Assembly: GCA_025839675.1 (NCBI GenBank)
Contig: CP104013.1
Coordinates: forward strand, 2,880,001 to 2,912,000
Source: Candidatus Lokiarchaeum ossiferum
GTDB lineage: Archaea; Asgardarchaeota; Lokiarchaeia; Sigyniarchaeales; Promethearchaeaceae
Direction of reading: 5' to 3'
Length of the DNA: 32,000 nucleotides
Position numbers and translations under genes: made by a program. Under the pieces are notes generated by a model, which worked only from the letters and a program-made list of their open reading frames with translations, made no database searches and was not told the origin of the DNA. Of the stretch, positions 24,547-32,000 are shown one piece after another (within the stretch, counting starts at the first letter, position 1; each line of letters starts with the position of its first letter).

Positions 24547-25170
24547 TTATTCGCCTAATTCATCTAAGGAAAAACGTTCAGAAGAGGTGCCATCCTTAGT
24601 AATGGTCATAACATCCATTCCACTACCCACCATAGCATCTCGAGTCATACCGTTTTTAAGAAGTTTTTTCATTAATTCCACGCCTTTTTTAACGGTAAGG
24701 GTAGGTTTGTATTCGGCTTCCAGCATACCCGAGGCGAAATACATGGAATCACCAGCCATTCCGTAATCATCTTCGGTTAAACTACCACCTGCATCTAATG
24801 TATAAACATGACCATCTCCATTTTCTTCCACACCTGCTATGACAATCATCACATAAAGAGGTGCCATTTTGCGTTGGTAGAGATAGTTTGCAACCATTTT
24901 ACCCATCGCTTGGACCGAGATCTTAAATCCTTCTCGCATCTCATAGATATTTGCTTGAGCTTGCATGATTCGGGCTAAGGCTTGGAAATCTCCAATTAAT
25001 CCATAACAGGTCATAGCAACTCGTCCGTCCTTGGTCAACGGAAAGATTTTGGCAACATTTTTATTATTCACTGTGTATCCATAGGTAGATCGAGTGTCAT
25101 TACCTAAAACAACACCGTCTTTGCATCTAATTGCAACTCCGAAAGCACCTGGTATCCATATTTGAGCCAT
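24547..25170 (-). CDS. 20S proteasome beta-subunit homologue lacking the catalytic Thr1 (predicted inactive)
   Basis: Collinear with archaeal PsmB: PGAFGVAIRCKDGVVLGNDTRST..AKIF..GLIGDFQAL..LDAGGS..GMAGDS..GMLE..TRDAMVGSGMDV. Gly-1, Asp17, Lys33, Gly128 and Asp166 are kept. Thr1->Ala (GCT, 25144-25146), Ser129->Asp and Ser169->Val. Confidence 0.8.
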   Translation of the reverse strand: MAQIWIPGAFGVAIRCKDGVVLGNDTRSTYGYTVNNKNVAKIFPLTKDGRVAMTCYGLIGDFQALARIMQAQANIYEMREGFKISVQAMGKMVANYLYQRKMAPLYVMIVIAGVEENGDGHVYTLDAGGSLTEDDYGMAGDSMYFASGMLEAEYKPTLTVKKGVELMKKLLKNGMTRDAMVGSGMDVMTITKDGTSSERFSLDELGE

Positions 25171-25522
25171 TATTTTTCATCTCGAAATTTTTTCAAATTC
25201 CTATACAAAGAAGTAATAACAAACTGCTTTAATTTTTTTTGCCTTTGCAATTTAATATTAGTTTACTTTTCAAGAATAAAAAATTCCTTTTCACAAATCA
25301 AATTCAAAAATTTAATATTTTAATCAATCTAATGCTATCGATATTACCATAAAAATGATTTTGTAGGTTATTTTTGGTGAAATGAAGAATTTAGTTTACT
25401 CTTGGAATTCGATTGTAGACTTAAGACTCTAGTTTAATATTTTGTATTTTAATATATGAATTTGTAGAAATAAATTTAGAGGAGCTGAAAGCTTTTTAGC
25501 TTTATACGACATCATCTATATT

Positions 25523-26305
25523 ATGAAAACCTATCTCAAGGAATTCGAAAACATCGGGAAAGAATATGCAAATCAATTACAAAAGCAGATGAAGATTCGT
25601 TCAATTGATGATTTTGAAAAGTTTTCGTTAGAAGAAATCCACCAACAGACGAAGATAGATATGGAACGGCTCAAGCAATGGGCCGACGTGATTGATCTAT
25701 ATCATATTCCAGATTTAACGACTCGAGAAGCAGAATTACTCTATTTCGCCAACATAAATTCAGTTCAAGAACTATCACACCGTCAAGCGATACGTATTTT
25801 CTATAAACTTCGTGAAATTGATATAGAAACTTACCATATCATTCTTCAACTTCCGACATTTCAAAAAATTGAAAATTGGATAAATTTTTCAAAATTAATG
25901 ACAAAACGGATAAAATTTGGACAAAATATTCCAATTATCATGATCCCAGTGGTCGAATTTGATCACGCCAGTGAATTGAAGAATTTCAAAATTTTTACAG
26001 TAGAGGACTTTGTCCAAAAAAGCCCTATGATTTCAAATCTTCGAAAAAAAATCGGGATGTCGCGACACAATTTTCATATATTAGAAAATACAATAGATTT
26101 TATCAAAGTTGAAGGAATTGATCTCTATTTTGCTAATCTATTTCTTCAAGTGGAAATCGAAGGGATCAACGATTTTTTATCTTTGAATAATGATGAAATC
26201 CTTCAAAAAGTTAAAGAGATCCAGGATAATGATGAAAATTGTCCTGAAAAGTTAACTTTAAAACATATTGAGGAAATTAAACAAAAAATAATGGAGCAAA
26301 ACTAA
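25523..26305 (+). CDS. Protein with about four degenerate helix-hairpin-helix (DUF4332-like) modules
   Basis: Repeated pattern of L..h..IG...A..L....I.s..Dh type: LKEFENIGKEYANQLQKQMKIRSIDDF, IPDLTTREAELLYFANINSVQEL, NFKIFTVEDFV, VEGIDLYFANLFLQVEIEGINDFL. Its stop is 1 nt before the next gene. Confidence 0.5.
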   Translation: MKTYLKEFENIGKEYANQLQKQMKIRSIDDFEKFSLEEIHQQTKIDMERLKQWADVIDLYHIPDLTTREAELLYFANINSVQELSHRQAIRIFYKLREIDIETYHIILQLPTFQKIENWINFSKLMTKRIKFGQNIPIIMIPVVEFDHASELKNFKIFTVEDFVQKSPMISNLRKKIGMSRHNFHILENTIDFIKVEGIDLYFANLFLQVEIEGINDFLSLNNDEILQKVKEIQDNDENCPEKLTLKHIEEIKQKIMEQN

Positions 26306-26306
26306 A

Positions 26307-29300
26307 ATGGCATTACCAGATATATTAATTCAACTAACATACGTAATTATTGGAGTAATTGTATTTTTCATGGGATTTCTCTTAGTATATAAGAATTTGA
26401 AGAAAATCAATACAGTTGAGGGTGAAAAATTTAACGGTTCTGATTGGTTAGCCATGATTGGATTTGGATTGCTATTTGGCTTAGCAATGATTTTCATTGT
26501 GAATATCACTTTCGAGCTAATATTACCAGTAGAAATTCCAAGTATCGCTGGATATGTCTTAATGATAATGTTAGGGGTACTTGTAATATATCCTCTGTGG
26601 GAAGTAATTTTCTTAGGGCGACCCACAAGCGATTCAGTACATGATTTTCATAAGTTCTTGGAATCGAAAATATTAGATCGGTTTAAAGGAAAGGTGGCAT
26701 ATTTGGTATCTTTACTTATTTTCATAATCATCTATCTAGTTCCAATTATTATTATCAACCTAATTTCGAACGAACCTTGGCAGCAAATTGCATTTATTTG
26801 GTTCTTACTTTTTCCACTCTTCTTCTTAGCTTATTTTGCAGCTAATGGAACGGTTTCAGGAATTATAGCTAAAACTTATACAAATACAATCCCAGCCCGT
26901 GTATTGACCAAAGGAAAACTAGGAAATAAAAAAGTGATAGGTATAATAATGGTCGCTATAACTTGGATTCCTTTTATGCTAAATATCTATAATTTTGGAA
27001 ATCCTATTTTGAAGGCAATTAGAGGCGTTGGAGAGATACCAACAGAATCTTCTACTAGTAGTCAGTTGGATAAATATAATGCATATATATCCCTATTTAC
27101 TACAACAGTTTTTGGTATCAAAGGATTTTTCTCTAAATTCTGGAATAAGAAATCGAAAACAAAAACAATAGATTTTCTCTTTTCTGGATATTTAATGATT
27201 GGAATTGGAGTGAATATGTTATTAAGTTTCGTGCAAATTGACCCTTCCGTCGTTGCTTCCATTTTTGATTCAATTCCAATCCCATTTATTGCGTCTTTAG
27301 GAAATGTCTTCTATAATTACACACTCTTATTACCAATAATTATAATTTCAAGCGGTATAACATTCGTTTATGGAATAATCAATCTTGTCCAAGTTAACTC
27401 AGATTTTCATTCGGATATTCGTCTTCAATCAACTACCAAAGCTTTTGGAAAAATAGATCTGGATAAAATGGTCGAAAGTCGTAACGAAATGCTAGAAGAT
27501 CTGGAAAAAGGAAAACAAGATAAAAAGAAGAAGGAAAAGAAGAAAAAATATGACTATGCAACCTTGTACAAATCACTTTTATTAGCTCCGAGTTATTCAA
27601 AATATGGAGTAGATCTTAACGAACAAGTTCGACAAAAGGCGGCTCAATATTTATTCCTAATGTCGGTAGATGACAGAGAAATCGCACAGAAAATAATTGA
27701 ATTCATTTTTGCAGTAACGATTGAGAAAGATACAATCGAGAAGGATACAACAGAAATTCAAGAACAATATTACTTGAGCAAAGAAGCATTTGATGCTTTA
27801 GGAGAAATTGGGGAAATTTATCCAGATTTGGTTATGGAACGCCTAATTAACGCATTAGAAATTGTTGATAATTATACTCAAAGATATATTTTGGATGCAC
27901 TGGGTGATATCGGAGAAACGAAGGAGAACATGAAAGTAATTTTGTCCAAAATTCTCCCATTGTTTAGCAGTAAGCGCTATGATGTGCGACTCGCGGCATT
28001 CCAAGCTATGTCAGAAATGATCTTGGAAGGAGATTCTTCGGATAAAGAATTTGTCAAGCTTGCCTTAGATGCAGTGTATACTGTCTTAAAAGATGATACT
28101 AATGAAGGGGCGATTGATACTTGTTTAGAAGCTTTAGTAAAAATGAGTGCTCGGATTGCAGATGATATAGATATTGAAAAAATTATACCCTTTTTAACCT
28201 ATTCCAAAGGGAAAGACCAAGATACCACAGATTTCATAATTCAGAATGCGATTGTTATCCTCAGTTATATGGTATATTATAATATGGCCCAGTTTACAGC
28301 AATTTTGGATAATTTAAAACCATTTTTAAAGGATCAAAGAGATTTTATCCGATATGCTGCAGTAGATGCTTTGGGGAACTATATATTAAAATGTCCAGAA
28401 GATAAAATTGATGAAATTTTAGTGGAGCTATTGATTTTATCTACGAATGATGCTAATGATGATGTGGCTCATATAGCGACCGAAAGTATAGCGGAATTTT
28501 TGATCATGCATAAAGGATATAAGATCACTATCGATAACCAAGCTATTTCGATTTTAGATTATTATATGAACGCATTGGTTTCAAGCAATGTTCAAGTTAC
28601 TGAAAATGCGAGTGAGGCTTTAAAACAAATATCGCCATTATATGATGAAGATATTTACCCACAACTCGAAAAGCATTTGAAAAGTCAAGAAAACTTGGAA
28701 CTAGTAAGGGATTGTTTGCATGTGATTGCTGTCTCCGGAGTAGAAGAACATTTAAGCACCGATTTAGAATTGATCTACAGCTTGACAGAGCATGAGGATC
28801 CAAGTGTGCGAAGTGAAGCAATTCTGACATTAGGATTTTTGGGAAAGAATAGACCTGAAATTAAACCCGAAGTAATTGTGAAATGTCTGGACGATAAAGA
28901 TCCTCAAGTTCGTAGAGAATCGATCTTTGCTTTAGGAAAAATTGGCAAGCAAAACCCAACGGCTGTGGTCCCTGTATTAATTCAAAAATTCTTCGAATTG
29001 GATCGCCACGATGAAGATAAGGTTAGTGAAGTAGAACTATATGCTGAAACCCTTGGGGAAATTGGAAAAGTGCACCCATCAAATGAAATCATAATCACAT
29101 TGCAAAATGTGCTAATGGGTGATACTAATCCTTTCTCGAAGGATGTGATTGCAAGAGCCTTAGGAACCATTGGATATGGGATGATTCAATCCGGAAAAGC
29201 TATAAAACGGATTGAAAATGATGCATTCTACAATCAAATCTCATGGTTACGATCCGCTGATAAGGCAGAATATACAATTGGTAATCTTATCATTATTTTC

Positions 29301-29888
29301 TTAGAAGCATTACAATTGAAAGGCATTCCAGATTCAGTAATGAATGAAATTTCCGATTCGATTCAAGATTTGCTCCCAGTATTTCTTTTTGCACAAAAAG
29401 ATGAGAAGAAACCAAAGAATGAAGATGTTATTTTAGAAACTATTAAATCTTTGCTTGCTCAAGCGTATTATGCAAATTATAACAATGAAATCTTGGAAAC
29501 CATCGATCGAGTAGATTCTTTACTGAGTTTCAAACGGTTTTTCAAAACAGATGATGAGATCCTCCAAAAGCAATTCATATTCTACGCCACGCAATATACT
29601 GCGGATGGGAAGCAATTCCATGATCAGGGTGAAGTCTTTTTACTTTTGAAAGATCAAGATCCTGAATATCTGAAATATGCGCTAAAATCTTTTGAAATCT
29701 CTCAGCAATTATCGCCTTATGAGTTTTATACCCCCAATGCAGTGCTTCAAATGGGAATAATCCATAAGACCTTAAACAATAGAGAATTGGCAAAGCAGAA
29801 ATTTGAGGAAGCACTTGAAATCTTCACTTCATTGGATGAAGTGGATAAAATGCGCGAATGCGATGCAAATTTGAAAGAATTAAGTTAA
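26307..29888 (+). CDS. Large membrane-anchored HEAT-repeat protein with C-terminal TPR-like region
   Basis: 1193 aa. aa 1-370 contain about 9-10 hydrophobic helices, followed by a poly-Lys linker (KGKQDKKKKEKKKK). Then at least 7 PBS-lyase-type HEAT signatures (DALGEIGE, DALGDIGE, DALGNY, TLGFLGK, FALGKIGK, ETLGEIGK, RALGTIGY) with DP.VR elements (DPSVRSEA, DPQVRRES). The C-terminus is TPR-like (NAVLQMGIIHKTLNNRELAKQKFEEALEIF). Confidence 0.75.
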   Translation: MALPDILIQLTYVIIGVIVFFMGFLLVYKNLKKINTVEGEKFNGSDWLAMIGFGLLFGLAMIFIVNITFELILPVEIPSIAGYVLMIMLGVLVIYPLWEVIFLGRPTSDSVHDFHKFLESKILDRFKGKVAYLVSLLIFIIIYLVPIIIINLISNEPWQQIAFIWFLLFPLFFLAYFAANGTVSGIIAKTYTNTIPARVLTKGKLGNKKVIGIIMVAITWIPFMLNIYNFGNPILKAIRGVGEIPTESSTSSQLDKYNAYISLFTTTVFGIKGFFSKFWNKKSKTKTIDFLFSGYLMIGIGVNMLLSFVQIDPSVVASIFDSIPIPFIASLGNVFYNYTLLLPIIIISSGITFVYGIINLVQVNSDFHSDIRLQSTTKAFGKIDLDKMVESRNEMLEDLEKGKQDKKKKEKKKKYDYATLYKSLLLAPSYSKYGVDLNEQVRQKAAQYLFLMSVDDREIAQKIIEFIFAVTIEKDTIEKDTTEIQEQYYLSKEAFDALGEIGEIYPDLVMERLINALEIVDNYTQRYILDALGDIGETKENMKVILSKILPLFSSKRYDVRLAAFQAMSEMILEGDSSDKEFVKLALDAVYTVLKDDTNEGAIDTCLEALVKMSARIADDIDIEKIIPFLTYSKGKDQDTTDFIIQNAIVILSYMVYYNMAQFTAILDNLKPFLKDQRDFIRYAAVDALGNYILKCPEDKIDEILVELLILSTNDANDDVAHIATESIAEFLIMHKGYKITIDNQAISILDYYMNALVSSNVQVTENASEALKQISPLYDEDIYPQLEKHLKSQENLELVRDCLHVIAVSGVEEHLSTDLELIYSLTEHEDPSVRSEAILTLGFLGKNRPEIKPEVIVKCLDDKDPQVRRESIFALGKIGKQNPTAVVPVLIQKFFELDRHDEDKVSEVELYAETLGEIGKVHPSNEIIITLQNVLMGDTNPFSKDVIARALGTIGYGMIQSGKAIKRIENDAFYNQISWLRSADKAEYTIGNLIIIFLEALQLKGIPDSVMNEISDSIQDLLPVFLFAQKDEKKPKNEDVILETIKSLLAQAYYANYNNEILETIDRVDSLLSFKRFFKTDDEILQKQFIFYATQYTADGKQFHDQGEVFLLLKDQDPEYLKYALKSFEISQQLSPYEFYTPNAVLQMGIIHKTLNNRELAKQKFEEALEIFTSLDEVDKMRECDANLKELS
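27721..27750 (+). repeat. In-frame 15-bp tandem duplication (2 copies) inside the HEAT-protein gene
   Basis: ATTGAGAAAGATACA / ATCGAGAAGGATACA, 13/15 identical. Both differences are synonymous third positions. Encodes IEKDT-IEKDT. Confidence 0.8.
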
Positions 29889-29986
29889 TTCCCTCCACTT
29901 TTTTTACTCATCTTTTTTGATAAATCCTTTAAATTTCAATTCTAATCTAGTAACAAGTAATTTAGAAAAACAATTTTAGGATTAAA

Positions 29987-31561
29987 ATGCGTAAAACAAA
30001 TTCAATCCCACGGTCTGCGGGAATTCTCTTACACCCTACTTCCCTTCATACACCATTTGGTATAGGGGATTTTGGTTCCAAAGCAATTCATTTTATTCAA
30101 TATTTAAAAAAGTGTGGTCAAAAATTCTGGCAAATCCTACCATTAGGACCTACTGGGTATGCAGATTCACCTTATCAATGTATTTCAACCTTTGCAGGGA
30201 ATCCTCTTTTAATCAGCATGGATGGACTCATAAAAATGCAATTGATTACTCAAAAAGAAGTCATGCAGTGTTTCGAAACCAGTCCAGATCCCAATACTCC
30301 AGAAATTCAATGGACAATTTCTACAAAAATTAATTATCAGGCTGTGAGGAAAAGCAAATATCAAGTGTTTGAAATATCTTATAACAATTTCATAAGGTCA
30401 AACTATGAGGGGAAAACCCAATTTTTACAAGAATTTTCAGATTTTTGCCGAGAAGAAAAAGACTGGTTGGATGATTTTGTATTATTTACTTCACTAAAAA
30501 ATCAGCATGACTCAAAATCTTGGATCAAATGGCCGGAAAAATATCGAAATCGACGAATTCACTCAAACGCGATTAAAGTATGGATTGCAGGACATAAAAA
30601 AGAGTTAGATTACTACAGATTTATCCAGTGGATCTTTGCGAAGCAATGGAAAGAATTAAAAACCTATGCTAATAAACAAGGCATCCAAATTATTGGAGAT
30701 ATGCCAATTTTTGTAGCCCATGATTCTGTAGATGTATGGAGCAATCCGGAATTATTTTCTCTTGACTCTTCCGGCATTTTGGAAACACAAGCAGGTGTCC
30801 CTCCAGATTATTTTAGCCCCACAGGACAATTATGGGGAAATCCTTTGTATAATTGGAAACAAATGGAGTTGAATGGCTTTAAATGGTTTATTAGGCGATT
30901 TAAAAAGCTAGCAGACTTTTATGATTGGATTAGAATTGACCACTTCAGAGGATTTGAAGCCTTCTGGGAAGTTGACGGGATCGCCACGGATGCAATTAAA
31001 GGAAAATGGGTAAAGGCACCAGGGGAAAAACTTTTCAAAGAAGTGGAGAAAGAATTGGGGCAGTTACCAATTTTTGCTGAGGATTTAGGCATAATTACTG
31101 CTGAAGTTGAGCAATTACGAGATAAATTTGATTTTCCTGGGATGAAAGTAATGCAATTTGCATTTGGAGACGATTCAAATAATCCGCATTTACCTCATAA
31201 TGTAATTCCCAACTCAATTGTTTACTCAGGTACTCATGACAATGACACCACGGTAGGATGGTGGCAAAATGGGGCAACTAAAGAAGAAAAAGAAATGTTT
31301 ATGGAATATTTAAACGCAGAAGGAATGAATATCATTGAGGATATGATCAAAGGATTATATCGAACTTCTGCAAAAATTGCAATTATACCTATTCAAGACT
31401 TATTGGGATTGGGTTCAAAATCCCGGATGAATACTCCAAGTGTAACCCAAGGTAATTGGCAATTTCGACTAAAATATGGGGATCTTTCCGAACAAAAAGC
31501 CATTTGGATACGTAAAATAGCATCCCTCTACGGAAGATTACCCGTTGACCCTAAATCATGA
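29987..31561 (+). CDS. malQ: 4-alpha-glucanotransferase (amylomaltase, GH77)
   Basis: RSAGILLHPTSL, GIGDFG, WQILPLGPTGYADSPYQ, GDMPIFVAHDS, IRIDHFRGF, FAEDLG, YSGTHDNDT and RMNTPS..GNWQFR are GH77 hallmarks. AGGA lies upstream of the ATG. Confidence 0.9.
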   Translation: MRKTNSIPRSAGILLHPTSLHTPFGIGDFGSKAIHFIQYLKKCGQKFWQILPLGPTGYADSPYQCISTFAGNPLLISMDGLIKMQLITQKEVMQCFETSPDPNTPEIQWTISTKINYQAVRKSKYQVFEISYNNFIRSNYEGKTQFLQEFSDFCREEKDWLDDFVLFTSLKNQHDSKSWIKWPEKYRNRRIHSNAIKVWIAGHKKELDYYRFIQWIFAKQWKELKTYANKQGIQIIGDMPIFVAHDSVDVWSNPELFSLDSSGILETQAGVPPDYFSPTGQLWGNPLYNWKQMELNGFKWFIRRFKKLADFYDWIRIDHFRGFEAFWEVDGIATDAIKGKWVKAPGEKLFKEVEKELGQLPIFAEDLGIITAEVEQLRDKFDFPGMKVMQFAFGDDSNNPHLPHNVIPNSIVYSGTHDNDTTVGWWQNGATKEEKEMFMEYLNAEGMNIIEDMIKGLYRTSAKIAIIPIQDLLGLGSKSRMNTPSVTQGNWQFRLKYGDLSEQKAIWIRKIASLYGRLPVDPKS

Positions 31562-32000
31562 ACGATTTATTAAATAATTTTTTACTTTCTCGTAAATTTT
31601 TGCCATTTTTTCTGTCTGCGGTAAAGTTTGATTTAAGATTTCGATATATCTTCTTTCCTTTATAATTTCAAAAGATCGAGGAAAATTTAAGTCAAATACC
31701 CAAGCGAGTTGTAAAATCTTAAAATCTGTGACCGAAACAATATCTTCATGCTTGACTAATTGATCATTCATAATCGAGGTGAAAACTTTGTCTGAAATAA
31801 TTTGGGAATTGGGTAATCCTAATTCGATAGTATTTGCAAATATTGGGTCTGGATTTTGGTAGTGATCACACACGACTTTATAAATATCAATTTTATCGGC
31901 ATCTCGGATGAGTTTGGTAAAGAAAATTTCCTGATCAGAAAGTTCCAGAGGAACATGAGCTACATTATGATAATTTATTGCAGAAAGGATTAAGATTTGT
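31556..32000 (-). CDS. HD-domain protein, 5'-truncated by the window edge
   Basis: The reading frame stays open upstream of the ORF-track GTG (31873) to position 32000. My translation of that stretch is ..QILILSAINYHNVAHVPLELSDQEIFFTKLIRDADKIDIYKVVCDHY.., where LIRDADKIDI is the distal HD-domain motif. Its stop overlaps the malQ stop convergently (TCATGA, 31556-31561). Confidence 0.6.
   Translation of the reverse strand, partial: QILILSAINYHNVAHVPLELSDQEIFFTKLIRDADKIDIYKVVCDHYQNPDPIFANTIELGLPNSQIISDKVFTSIMNDQLVKHEDIVSVTDFKILQLAWVFDLNFPRSFEIIKERRYIEILNQTLPQTEKMAKIYEKVKNYLINRS

Noticed and set aside
25250-25440. Repeated short words in the spacer upstream of the proteasome-like gene (TTTAATATT three times; TTAGTTTACT twice)
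   Set aside because: Matches of 9-10 nt in a 352-nt region that is very AT-rich are plausibly chance or generic TATA-like boxes. The spacing is irregular and there is no flanking conservation, so this is not a CRISPR-like or iteron-like array.
27721-27750. 15-bp tandem duplication as a possible variable repeat or contingency locus
   Set aside because: There are only two in-frame copies encoding IEKDT-IEKDT within a linker. It is recorded as a repeat feature but gives no evidence of phase variation.
1-32000. Search for tRNA/rRNA genes, C/D-box sRNAs, CRISPR arrays, transposases, integrases or terminal inverted repeats
   Set aside because: No cloverleaf-capable GC-rich segments, no RTGATGA...CTGA pairs in the spacers, no regularly spaced direct repeats, and no transposase- or integrase-like ORFs. 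The window looks like core chromosome rather than a mobile island.

Overview
AT-rich (roughly one-third G+C by eye), gene-dense window. I call 25 CDS and found no rRNA, tRNA, CRISPR array, IS or transposase. It looks archaeal: a 20S-proteasome beta-type gene, a TET/M42 aminopeptidase, an MJ_1487-like B12/radical-SAM gene, A/T-rich TATA-like boxes about 20-35 nt upstream of several starts, oligo-T terminators, and frequent GTG/TTG starts with GGTGA/GGAGG ribosome-binding sites. An Asgard/Lokiarchaeia-like origin is only a guess. Recognisable content, left to right: a duplicated-module membrane protein; a glycine-cleavage cluster (gcvT, gcvH, gcvPA, gcvPB); a glycyl-radical enzyme (GRE) with its activase; an M42 peptidase; a minus-strand cluster of B12/radical-SAM, a DUF362-like/coiled-coil protein and a 544-aa orphan; a PAS-rich hybrid histidine kinase; an ACT protein; an operon of aminotransferase, Cys-rich miniprotein and Tag-like protein; a lone CheR-type methyltransferase; a permease; a DUF3795-like protein; a proteasome beta homologue that lacks the catalytic Thr1; an operon of a helix-hairpin-helix (DUF4332-like) protein and a 1193-aa membrane-anchored HEAT/TPR protein; malQ; and a partial HD-domain gene. 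The best candidates for undescribed biology are the minus-strand cluster at 10715-15661, the predicted-inactive proteasome beta subunit, the adjacent membrane HEAT-repeat operon, and the non-PFL glycyl-radical enzyme of unknown substrate. All functional calls come from motif recognition by eye. No database search was run.
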